Assembly: GCA_050633305.1 (NCBI GenBank)
Contig: JBOEGF010000005.1
Location: 96,001-160,000 of the forward strand
Direction of reading: 5' to 3'
From: Nannocystales bacterium
GTDB taxonomy: Bacteria > Myxococcota_A > Polyangia > Nannocystales > Nannocystaceae
Length of the DNA stretch: 64,000 bases
Shown here piece after piece: positions 17,907-26,692 of this stretch. The notes beneath the pieces are model-generated. The model made no database searches and had not been told where the DNA came from. It worked only from the letters and a program-made list of their open reading frames with translations. Both the position numbers and the translations under genes were made by a program. Positions within the stretch are counted from its first letter, which is position 1; each line of letters begins with the position of its first letter.

Positions 17907-19055
17907 TCAGTCGCCACGAAGGGGGTTCGAGGTTGCAGGCCGGAGCCGGCGGTCGAGGATCCGGAGTCCATGTTCGCCTGGCCCGACGCCGAATCGCGTC
18001 CTCCACGTGGGGCTGATCGCGAGCTGTGTCAGGGCGAGCGCGCCGCCGACCAGGACGGACCCAGTCGCACCCAGCGTCCCCCAGACGCCGAATCCGACGC
18101 CGTAGAAGACCAACGCGAGGACGAGCGACTGTGAGAGGTAGTGCGTTGCGGAGAGCCGGCCCGCATGTGCCAGGGCGTTCGTCACCGGGCTGTTGGCGCT
18201 CAGTGGCCTCCACAGCACGGTGGCGTAGGCAAGGGCTCCGGTCGGCAGTGCCACGCAGGCGATGCTGTCCCGAAGCAGGCCAAGGGACGAGGGCGGAAGG
18301 GGAGGGACATCGGCGAGGACCGCAAGCGCCAGATTGCTCGTGATGGCGGTCGTGAACAGCACGCCCCATGCAAGAGGCGTCAGCACTGGGCGGCGGCGGA
18401 TCAGGAGCGCGCCGAGTAGGAACAGGCCAAGGAGGCGCAACAACCGACCGGAGCCTAGGGCGAGTATCCAGCGCTGCTTCAGGAAAGCCGCATTGGCCGA
18501 GAGCAACTCCGCGACGCCGCCCGAGGCGAAGGCGGGGAGGTCGTCGATGGGGCCGTAGATCAAGGCGGAGCCGTGCGCCGGGTCCAGCCACAGTAGAAGT
18601 AGACCGCTCACGACCATGGGGCTGAGCAAGAGGCCCACGGACCACCGGAGGATCGCCGCGTCGGAGCAGCGCAGCAACGCGGCCAAGGGGACGGCCGCCA
18701 CGGCGTAAAGGCTGAGAATGTCGCCGAACCACACCAGCGTGGCGTGGGCGCAGCCGACGAGGAACAACGCGAGCAAGCGGGCCCGGGCGGCGGCGTTTGG
18801 GTCGCGGCCACAGTCTCGCTCTCGCTGCAGCATCAGGCTGAACGACGCTCCGAACAGCAGGGAGAACAACGCATAGAACTTCCCGTCGACCAGAACGTGG
18901 AGGGCAAACGTGACCGACGTGTCGAGCCCGAGCGCATCTTTGGTGGGTGTCGGATCGACCGCGTACCCTGAGAACCACTGCACGTTCCCCAAGACGATGC
19001 CGAGCAGTGCGAAGCCCCGAAGCGCGTCGAGTTGTTGGACGCGGCCGGAGGTCAC
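17907..19055 (-). CDS. DUF418 (YeiB-like) membrane protein
   Basis: LDALRGFALLGI, GKFYALFSLLFG, GDILSLYA, GRLSATHYLSQS, GPGE. Confidence 0.85.
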   Translation of the reverse strand: MTSGRVQQLDALRGFALLGIVLGNVQWFSGYAVDPTPTKDALGLDTSVTFALHVLVDGKFYALFSLLFGASFSLMLQRERDCGRDPNAAARARLLALFLVGCAHATLVWFGDILSLYAVAAVPLAALLRCSDAAILRWSVGLLLSPMVVSGLLLLWLDPAHGSALIYGPIDDLPAFASGGVAELLSANAAFLKQRWILALGSGRLLRLLGLFLLGALLIRRRPVLTPLAWGVLFTTAITSNLALAVLADVPPLPPSSLGLLRDSIACVALPTGALAYATVLWRPLSANSPVTNALAHAGRLSATHYLSQSLVLALVFYGVGFGVWGTLGATGSVLVGGALALTQLAISPTWRTRFGVGPGEHGLRILDRRLRPATSNPLRGD

Positions 19056-20242
19056 CGTGGGGCCTTGCGGTGCAATGCCCAGGCGCTTGCGTACAGCCCG
19101 GACCCGACCAGAGGTGTTGCGATGAGGACCACGAGGACGGTGCCGAACCCGTGTCGTTCCCACACCAGGCCGAGTGCGATCGGGGCCACGATCGCGGCGA
19201 GGCTGCGCATCGCGTCGGGGATCGCGAGGATGCGACCCCGCATCTGTTCGTCGACGCGGTTGGCGACGAATGTGGGGACCACCACCGAGCCGAGCATCTC
19301 TCCAAGCGTCCATAGGACGGTGCACAAGAGCAGCGCCGAGCTCGACACTCCGAAGGCCAAGACGGTGAGGCCCATCCCCCAGAGCACGCCTGCGAGTGTC
19401 ATCATCAGAAGCGGGTCACGTCCGGACACCGCGCGCTCGAGCGGGAGCCCGAGCAGCAAGATGCATGTGGCGTTGATCGTGTACACCACGCCCACGAGGA
19501 CCAACGGCTTGTGCAACACGGTGCCGACGAAGAGGGGGACCGTGTACTCCATCCCCATCAGCGGGGCGATGATGAAGAAGCTGGCACAACAAAACGCCAG
19601 AAGGCCGAGCGTCTTCGAAGACAACCTGAAGGTCGGGAGCGAGTTGTGGCTGGAGGGGCGGACCCGCCGAGCTTGGGTCGATGCGCTCGCGATGAAGGCC
19701 GCGCACACCGCCGTGGTGGCGACGTCGCCGATGAACAGCCAGTGGAACGATGCCGCCGCGAGTACGCCTCCAAGCAGCGGCCCCAGCCCCATCCCCACGT
19801 TGATGCAGATGTAGTTGACCGTGTACGCAAGCTGCCGCTGCGCGCCCTCGGTGAGGTCGGCGATCCACGCATTGGCGGCGGGCGTGTACATGCCTCCACC
19901 GACCGATGCCATCGAAAGGGCCAGCGCGTAGGCCGTCGGTGAAGGCAGACCGGACCCCAGCAGAGCCATGCCTGCTGCATTGATTGCGAGCCCAAGCAAC
20001 AACGTCGTCTTTCGACCCACCCGATCTGCGAGCCATCCGCCCGCGAGGTTTCCGAGCAGCAAGCCCACACCGCCGGCCGCGATGATGCGACCGGTGACGG
20101 ACAAGGAGAGCCCGCGGTCCTGCGACAGGTAGAGCGTCAGGTACGGGACGACAAACGTGCCGAGCCGGGTCGCGACGGTTCCCGCGTACAGCGGGAGGAG
20201 ACCTGAGGGGAGGGACCGGAGTCGGCGCGGCAGACTATTCAC
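19052..20242 (-). CDS. MFS transporter
   Basis: GGWLADRVGRK motif A; about 12 hydrophobic segments; overlaps both neighbours. Confidence 0.9.
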   Translation of the reverse strand: MNSLPRRLRSLPSGLLPLYAGTVATRLGTFVVPYLTLYLSQDRGLSLSVTGRIIAAGGVGLLLGNLAGGWLADRVGRKTTLLLGLAINAAGMALLGSGLPSPTAYALALSMASVGGGMYTPAANAWIADLTEGAQRQLAYTVNYICINVGMGLGPLLGGVLAAASFHWLFIGDVATTAVCAAFIASASTQARRVRPSSHNSLPTFRLSSKTLGLLAFCCASFFIIAPLMGMEYTVPLFVGTVLHKPLVLVGVVYTINATCILLLGLPLERAVSGRDPLLMMTLAGVLWGMGLTVLAFGVSSSALLLCTVLWTLGEMLGSVVVPTFVANRVDEQMRGRILAIPDAMRSLAAIVAPIALGLVWERHGFGTVLVVLIATPLVGSGLYASAWALHRKAPR

Positions 20243-21683
20243 GACGCAACCAGCGGTGAGCGTGCTGTCGGTTGTTGAGGCCGTTGGTGTCCGGCGCGGT
20301 TCCGAGGGAGGCAGCGTGTCCGAGGGCTTCGCCTTCGGCGATGTAAGCATCGACCGCGGCGCGGCCGTCGGTGCTCTTGAGGTCGCGAACGAGCTGCCCC
20401 ATGAAGACCTCACCCAGCAACGAGAGCGCGAACCCATCTTCAGAGGCCGTGACCAGCCCTTCGTGTTGAAGCGCCTCGAACGTGCTGATCTGCTCGGGCG
20501 TCAAGGCGCCCTGCATAGCGTCCCAGCGGGCCCGGGGGAGGCCTTCCCACCGCAACGGGAAGGTCCAAAGTGCCATGTCTCGCTGGTGGACTGTGGAGCA
20601 CTTCGAAACACAGACCGGAAGTGTGTCGCGCCGGACGGCGTTGCTCCACGCGGCGACATCGACGAGATTCTCGAGTCGCACCCCGGGCAAACTGCTCACC
20701 GCCTGCGGACCGATGCCAAGCAGAAAGGTCTCGTAGCTCGCGGCCCCGATGCACTCATCGCCGGCCATGCGGAAGAGGACGCGTTGGGGGACCGCGCGTG
20801 GGTCGACGTAGGTGTTGGTACCTCGGCGAACCCAGCCCGATCGACGGAACGCTCCGTAGGTTTCCAGCCGCATCAGGGCTTGGTCCAGCGGGGGGGGGAC
20901 TGCTGGGGTCTTGCCGCTGTCGATCGCTGCCACCAGGGCAGGGGCTGCGCCGACAGTGAGCAAGTACGAACTGATCGCCGTGACCCGGGGGTCGGCGATC
21001 AGCGTCTCGAGATCGGCGGCGACACCTTCGCGGGTTTGGCCGGGCAGCCCTGTGATCAGGTCGGCATTGACGATCGGGATCCTTCCGTCCAACCACTCCA
21101 CAACCCGCTCCAGGTGGACGAGAGTCTTGGGTTGGCGGGTGTACCCACGCACGACCGGGTTGAGCGACTGCACGCCAAACGACACCTTCGATACGCCGTG
21201 CGCGACGAGCCGGTCGATGAACGATGGCTTCACGGTGGCCAGGGTGAACTCCACTCCCAAGTCGGTGTCGGGTCCGAACCCTGGGAGCGCCTTGACGGCT
21301 TCGAGCACCACGTCGATGCTGTCACCGAGTAGATCTGGGCTTCCGCCTCCGATGTTGACCGAGCGGATGGGCTGGCCCCGCATTGCGGTTCGCCCCCATG
21401 TGTTCTGGAGTTGGCGAACGAGGAGCGTGGCGTAGTCCTCGGCCTGTTTCCAGTCGAGGCTGTTGCCGCCGGAGAATGCACAGAACCGACAGCGCTGGGC
21501 GCAGTACGGAACGTGCAGGTAGAGCCGAAGCGAGGCGTCGGGTAGCGCGGGGGCGTGCTCGACGGCCTCTACCAGCCGACGTTCTGACAACGTCGGTGCA
21601 TCGGGCTGCATCCAATAGTCGATGGTGTTGCGCGCGAGCTGGTCGTAGCGCGTGCCGAGGAGCGCGGGGCGAGCATCCGTCAC
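20235..21683 (-). CDS. HemN-like radical SAM enzyme
   Basis: YLHVPYCAQRCRFC, GGGSP, SFGVQS, NADLITGLPGQT; AGGGAG RBS before GTG. Confidence 0.85.
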   Translation of the reverse strand: MTDARPALLGTRYDQLARNTIDYWMQPDAPTLSERRLVEAVEHAPALPDASLRLYLHVPYCAQRCRFCAFSGGNSLDWKQAEDYATLLVRQLQNTWGRTAMRGQPIRSVNIGGGSPDLLGDSIDVVLEAVKALPGFGPDTDLGVEFTLATVKPSFIDRLVAHGVSKVSFGVQSLNPVVRGYTRQPKTLVHLERVVEWLDGRIPIVNADLITGLPGQTREGVAADLETLIADPRVTAISSYLLTVGAAPALVAAIDSGKTPAVPPPLDQALMRLETYGAFRRSGWVRRGTNTYVDPRAVPQRVLFRMAGDECIGAASYETFLLGIGPQAVSSLPGVRLENLVDVAAWSNAVRRDTLPVCVSKCSTVHQRDMALWTFPLRWEGLPRARWDAMQGALTPEQISTFEALQHEGLVTASEDGFALSLLGEVFMGQLVRDLKSTDGRAAVDAYIAEGEALGHAASLGTAPDTNGLNNRQHAHRWLRRE

Positions 21684-21833
21684 GCTCCCTTGATGTGGCG
21701 AACGCTGGCGGGTCTTGCAGTCAGCGTCGACAAACCTTGGTTTTCCTCGTCGTTGATTGCCGGAGAGGGCGGGGCCGACTCGTTCGCTGTCTCGAAGCGA
21801 GGATCCGAAATCGACCGGACCCGCCACTTTTTG

Positions 21834-21861
21834 GTGATCCGTTCATGCCGATCGGGACCTT
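21834..21861 (+). promoter_or_regulatory. putative alternative-sigma promoter, GTGATCCG 27 nt before start codon
   Basis: Identical octamer and identical distance to start at 53483-53490 (minus strand). Confidence 0.45.
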
Positions 21862-21868
21862 GGGGTGC

Positions 21869-22393
21869 ATGAACAGGATTCACGTTCACGTCTCAGTCCT
21901 AGCGACATCTGCGCTGCTGACCCTGGCCGCTTGCGACGGCGCCGCCGGAGCGCCCGCCGGTGAGTTCGCGGTCGAGGAACTCGAGCAGGAGGAGCGACTG
22001 CTCTTCGTGACGAAGCCCTGGCACGGCCGCTGGGAGGGCCATATGACCACGTTGGACGGTCCTGACTACGACTCGACGCTGGTCATGAACCACTTTCAGT
22101 GCTTGAACAACCCGACCTGGGGCGACGACCTCACGGCCGAATGGGACTACTACACACTCGGGGTCCAGTGCACCAGCGACCTCTCCTACCTCGGGACGAG
22201 TCTCGCGCCGGACGGCACCAAGACCTACACGTTCCACGATTCCACGAAGTCTGGACCGTGCATGAATGGACTGGTGGACCTCCGGGAAACGGACACCCCC
22301 GGAGTCATGCTGCAGACGTGGCGGACCCTGGACAACACGATCGACGCGCAGGGACTCGTCGAAGTGCTCGGGAACTGTACTCAGCGCTTCTAG
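21869..22393 (+). CDS. hypothetical lipoprotein
   Basis: LTLAAC lipobox; strong codon bias; four Cys in mature part. Confidence 0.75.
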   Translation: MNRIHVHVSVLATSALLTLAACDGAAGAPAGEFAVEELEQEERLLFVTKPWHGRWEGHMTTLDGPDYDSTLVMNHFQCLNNPTWGDDLTAEWDYYTLGVQCTSDLSYLGTSLAPDGTKTYTFHDSTKSGPCMNGLVDLRETDTPGVMLQTWRTLDNTIDAQGLVEVLGNCTQRF

Positions 22394-22548
22394 CCGCTCA
22401 CGAGCGCGCCGCCCCGGACTCTCGGGCGCGGCCTGAACGACGACCGGCATCGTGCCTGATGTCTGCCCTCCCGACCGTTCTGTAACGGTTTGGGAGGTTT
22501 CTGTGCGTCCGCTCGAGTCGGCGACGCTCTGCTTGGCTCCTCGTCTCG

Positions 22549-23310
22549 TCAGAGTCGAACGAGGTCGAGTGCCTGCGGCTGATCGAGGGGCGTGATCTCG
22601 TACAGGATGAACTCACCGACTTCGGCCCGGTGGATGTTGTACGGACTGCCCGGTGGAAGCTGGGGGTGCGGGTCGGTCCAGGACCGTTCGATGCAGATGA
22701 TCGCCTGCGCACCGGTTGGGGCGTAGCTGACGAGAAGTGCTCGGTCGGCTGGGAGGTCGAAGTCGCCGCAGTCGGTGCCCGTGCTGCCACCGCACTCTCC
22801 AAGTTGAATGACGCCGCCGCCCTCGACAAGCGTCGGCTCTCCACCTTCGACGGAGCATCGCTCGACGGGGTCCGGAGGTTCGCAGTCGATCTCACCGCTG
22901 GGCAGCGCGGCTCCGCGACTGAGGAACGTGTGCAGCTGAAAACCGGCGCGAGCGGCCGACGTCGGCGGGACGACCTCGTGTGGTCGGGGGGTCTTGGCGA
23001 TCAGGGGAGTGTCCAGCTCGGATGGCTCCGTCTGCTTCCAAGGGCGGGCGAGCAGAAGTAAGACGGCCGCAGCGACCGCGAACGCAACCGCAAAGCCCAC
23101 CGTCCATCCTCGGGGCCGGGCTGTTTCGATAGGGAGGACGGCAGATTCAGGCTCGAGCACCGGAGTCTCCGGCTCGGATTCCTGCGGAGCGGCAGCCTCC
23201 TGCAGCGCGGCAGCCTCCGCGATGCGTTGCTCGAGCGCACCCAAAGGCGGCGGCGAGAACTGACGCCGCAAAGAGGCCGCAATGGGATCGAACTCGCCGG
23301 GGTCGTTCAT
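22549..23310 (-). CDS. single-pass membrane protein, probable anti-sigma factor
   Basis: ATGA overlap with ECF gene; one TM helix; Cys-containing extracytoplasmic domain. Confidence 0.7.
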   Translation of the reverse strand: MNDPGEFDPIAASLRRQFSPPPLGALEQRIAEAAALQEAAAPQESEPETPVLEPESAVLPIETARPRGWTVGFAVAFAVAAAVLLLLARPWKQTEPSELDTPLIAKTPRPHEVVPPTSAARAGFQLHTFLSRGAALPSGEIDCEPPDPVERCSVEGGEPTLVEGGGVIQLGECGGSTGTDCGDFDLPADRALLVSYAPTGAQAIICIERSWTDPHPQLPPGSPYNIHRAEVGEFILYEITPLDQPQALDLVRL

Positions 23311-23861
23311 TGCAGCGCCTCCTTGGGGTTCGTGTCGGATTCAGGCTCGAGGAGCGAGCGCATCTTGGCGCGTGCTCGGGAGACGTGACTCATGGCGGTA
23401 CCCGACGGGATCTCGAGCAGCTCCGCGATCTCGCCGTACTCCAACTCGACGACCGTCTTGAGGAGGAGACACGTACGCTGCGACTCGCTCAAGCTCGACA
23501 ATGCCCTTGCGACGTTGCGGTCGAACAATGCCTGCGGGTCTTGCGGAGGGGCTGGTGGCTGGGGGATGAGACTGGAGCCGTCTGCGTCGAGCGCTCGTTG
23601 TCGTCGGTGTGACTTCCGACGCTGGTTGAGCGCGAGGTAGCGGACGTACTGGCCCATCCACGCTGGGAAGCTTGAACCAGGGCGAAACGTGTCGAGCTTT
23701 CCCAGGGCCAACAAAGCGGCTTCTTGCACGATGTCCTCCCCTTGCGCTCGGTCGCCCACGACCCCGACCGCCACACACCACAACACCCGGGAGGACGCCC
23801 GGAAGAGCGTCGCGAACCGCGCAGGCGTGAGTGGAGCAGGCGAAGTGAAGGGCGAAGGCAT
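23307..23861 (-). CDS. ECF RNA polymerase sigma factor
   Basis: EDIVQEA, FPAWM, LSESQR, YGEIAELLEIPSGTAMSHVSRAR. Confidence 0.92.
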   Translation of the reverse strand: MPSPFTSPAPLTPARFATLFRASSRVLWCVAVGVVGDRAQGEDIVQEAALLALGKLDTFRPGSSFPAWMGQYVRYLALNQRRKSHRRQRALDADGSSLIPQPPAPPQDPQALFDRNVARALSSLSESQRTCLLLKTVVELEYGEIAELLEIPSGTAMSHVSRARAKMRSLLEPESDTNPKEALQ

Positions 23862-24081
23862 GCGGAACGCAGGGCTGGTCCGGCGTCATGTCGCCAGGCC
23901 GGCGATGTCTTGCATCGAGACTCACATTTTTCGCGGCACAGTGCGGCAGGCGGCCGTTGGGCACTGATGCGCCCACTCCCCCAGCGAATTGGGCGCTCGG
24001 CCGTGGGGGCGGGGGACGGGTGGGACGACTTGTCTTTGAGGAATGCGGACCTCGCTGCTACCGTTTCCGCGGGTTATCAGG

Positions 24082-24687
24082 ATGAACACCCCAAACACAG
24101 AAGCATTCAATCCGTACGCCGCTCCAACGGCCGACACCCACCTCCCGCCCGGGGCGTCGCTCGGTGAGGAGGAGGTCGGCAGCTACTACGCGATGGGCGT
24201 TGCGAAGTTGTGGATCATGTCCGTTCTCAGCTTCGGGCTGTACAACTTCGCGTTCTTCTATCGACACTTCCGACATCTGCGGGACCACAAACAGCAAGAT
24301 GTGAGCCCCTTCTGGCGGGCCTTCTTTTCTCCGTTCATGTACTTCGGCCTCAACACGCAGGTGAAGGCGGCGGCCGAGTTCGCAGAGGTCCGTACCCCCG
24401 CTTTGTTGGGGGCAGCGCCCATCGTCTACTTCGTCGCGAACCTCGTGAGTCGTGCCGTCGATCGGATGCCAGACTCCGGCATGGAGCTGACGCTTGCCAG
24501 CTTCGCGCTCGTTCCGGTCATGACCTCCGCCTTGGCCGCGACGCAGACCGCTGCCAATCGAGTTCTGCAGAAGGAGGGGTACCGCGGCCCGGTCAATGAC
24601 GGGCCAACCACGGGGTCGATCGTGCTCGGGATCCTGTCTGGCCTCATGTGGGTCACCATCCTGCTGGGGTCCCTCGTCGTGTTCTAG
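24082..24687 (+). CDS. hypothetical membrane protein (DUF4234-like)
   Basis: NPYAAP N-terminus; LSFGLYNFAFFY; four hydrophobic segments. Confidence 0.7.
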   Translation: MNTPNTEAFNPYAAPTADTHLPPGASLGEEEVGSYYAMGVAKLWIMSVLSFGLYNFAFFYRHFRHLRDHKQQDVSPFWRAFFSPFMYFGLNTQVKAAAEFAEVRTPALLGAAPIVYFVANLVSRAVDRMPDSGMELTLASFALVPVMTSALAATQTAANRVLQKEGYRGPVNDGPTTGSIVLGILSGLMWVTILLGSLVVF

Positions 24688-24725
24688 ACATGTCACCATG
24701 CTGCGGTCCGTAGACGCGTTGTGCC

Positions 24726-25745
24726 TCAGGGAGTGGCGCCCACGGGGACGTCGATTCCGCACAGCCAGGCGAGAGACGCGATGAGGATCGTGTACTGGAG
24801 CAAGGTGCGTCGGTCGCCCATCGCGGGTGCTTGTCCAAACGAGCGAACGACGGCCGCGACGACGAGCAGCCCCAGGAGACCCTCGGCCGTCAAAAACCAT
24901 GCGAGTCCCAATACACTCGTCGCGATCCAGCGCTGCGAGCGATTGAGTGCGCCGAATCCACGGCCGCCGTCGAGCGGCCCGACTGGAAGCAGGTTGAACA
25001 GGTTGATCCACGCCCCGAATCGGGCGATCGCAGCGAAGCTGGGCCAATCGCCAACCGCATAGATACCCAGAGCCAGCAACGCCGCGCCCGTTCCCCACAG
25101 CGGACCCGCCATGCCGACCCTGGCGTGTTCCATTTCGTTGGCCGGGTATTGCTCGAGCCGTACGAACGCCCCCAACCCGGGGACGAAGGCGGGGGCAGAG
25201 GCTGCGATGCCGAACCGGCGCAAGGCGATCACGTGCCCGATCTCGTGTACGTAGATCGACACGATGAGACCCACGGCGAACTTCCAGCCCCACGCGGCCC
25301 AGTAGACGCCGAACGAGGCGAGCACACCTGCGAGCGTTCCTAGTTTCGTGAACCCGAACAGCAGCGCCTTGCCCTTGGTCGCAGCGAACACGAGAACAGC
25401 CTTGAATTTCCACAGAAGCAGCGCGAGACCACCGATGCCTGCCGCTCCCTTGGTCCAGGCTGCCCCGGGGGAGAGCGGAGACGTGTCAACGGCGCGGCCA
25501 AGGACCTCGATGCGGGAGCGAATCACCGACGCCTGACGTGCGTCGGGCGGGAGGAGTGTGAGGGCTTCCCGCCAGGCGGTCAGCTCGGCGGTTGCACTCT
25601 CCGCCTGCTTCGCCGCCGTGGCGAGGTCACGAAGTCGATCTCCATGAACCAGGCGTCCACAGACCGGACACGCCAGCATTTTCGGAGCGACCTGGCTCTT
25701 GCAGCCGGGACACTGGGCTCCGAGAGGAGCTTGCTCGTCGCTCAC
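24726..25745 (-). CDS. site-2 protease (M50 family) with N-terminal zinc ribbon
   Basis: HEIGH, MAGP, NLFNLLPVGPLDGGR; CPGC..CPVC. Confidence 0.9.
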   Translation of the reverse strand: MSDEQAPLGAQCPGCKSQVAPKMLACPVCGRLVHGDRLRDLATAAKQAESATAELTAWREALTLLPPDARQASVIRSRIEVLGRAVDTSPLSPGAAWTKGAAGIGGLALLLWKFKAVLVFAATKGKALLFGFTKLGTLAGVLASFGVYWAAWGWKFAVGLIVSIYVHEIGHVIALRRFGIAASAPAFVPGLGAFVRLEQYPANEMEHARVGMAGPLWGTGAALLALGIYAVGDWPSFAAIARFGAWINLFNLLPVGPLDGGRGFGALNRSQRWIATSVLGLAWFLTAEGLLGLLVVAAVVRSFGQAPAMGDRRTLLQYTILIASLAWLCGIDVPVGATP

Positions 25746-26566
25746 GTGCTCTCAGCTGGCTGAGCACCCACCGAATGAGGCCCGGTGATCTCGAACTCGA
25801 GGTGCTTGTTCATCTTCCACGCCTGGTAGACGCCGAACCCGATGATCAGGATGCCCATGATGTTCTCGAGTCCGGCGAGAAAAGGGGCCACGAAGGCGAC
25901 GCCGAACACAAACACGAACGCCAGCAAGAGTTCAGAGGCCGACGGTGGGACTTCGGGCGTGGGCTCCGCTGACGCGTCGGGAGGAGCGACCGCGGCATCG
26001 GTCGACTCTGCGGCCGAGATGTCCGCAGCGGCCACATCCATCTCCATCTCCTCTTGTTGGGCCTCCTCGATCCCCTCGATGACGAAGGGGACGTACGTTG
26101 TCACGATGGCGCAGTAGGTCAGACCCGCAGCCAGGAACTGATAGCGTTTACCGCCGCCGGGGCCGGACGCAGCGCGGACAGCTGCGCCCACCATGAACCC
26201 GATGAGAATCGACACCAAGCCGATCTCGTAGTCGGTGACCGCCAGGATCGCGTAGTAGATCGCGCTTCCCAACATGGCCGTAGGCACTCCGTACGCAAGC
26301 GCCCGAACGAATCGCGCCGGCTGAGTTCGAGCCTCGACGGTGGTGACCAGTTCGTCCTTGCAGGAGCCGCACAACGCGGTGTCACCCACGGCGTAGTAGG
26401 CCTGACTCAACCGCGTGCTGCAGCTGTCGCACTCGAGGAACACGTCGTCCCAGGCACTGTGGTCCGTGGGCGAGGGGGTACTCGGCGCTTCTGAAGCGGC
26501 TTCTGCGTGGTCGAACTGAAGATCCGACGTTTCGCCGGCGGGTGGTGTTTCGCTGGATTCGATCAT
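25742..26566 (-). CDS. hypothetical membrane protein with CxxC pair
   Basis: CDSC..CGSC; several TM helices; overlaps the protease start. Confidence 0.75.
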   Translation of the reverse strand: MIESSETPPAGETSDLQFDHAEAASEAPSTPSPTDHSAWDDVFLECDSCSTRLSQAYYAVGDTALCGSCKDELVTTVEARTQPARFVRALAYGVPTAMLGSAIYYAILAVTDYEIGLVSILIGFMVGAAVRAASGPGGGKRYQFLAAGLTYCAIVTTYVPFVIEGIEEAQQEEMEMDVAAADISAAESTDAAVAPPDASAEPTPEVPPSASELLLAFVFVFGVAFVAPFLAGLENIMGILIIGFGVYQAWKMNKHLEFEITGPHSVGAQPAEST

Positions 26567-26692
26567 GGGAGTCCTTCCCGTCGGGCAACCGGGGTCACCG
26601 CGTCCGGGACTCTATCAGGCCCTTTTTGCGAGTCGACCGAATCCGTCGTGAAGGGGCCGGGGCAGTGGCCCTGGCGGGCTTGCGAGCCGGTG

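Noticed and set aside
15381..21683. YcaQ/AlkZ glycosylase as a self-resistance gene for a genotoxin made by the HemN-like enzyme
   Set aside because: The QxD motif indicates the housekeeping YcaQ type; it is on the opposite strand and no core biosynthetic genes are present
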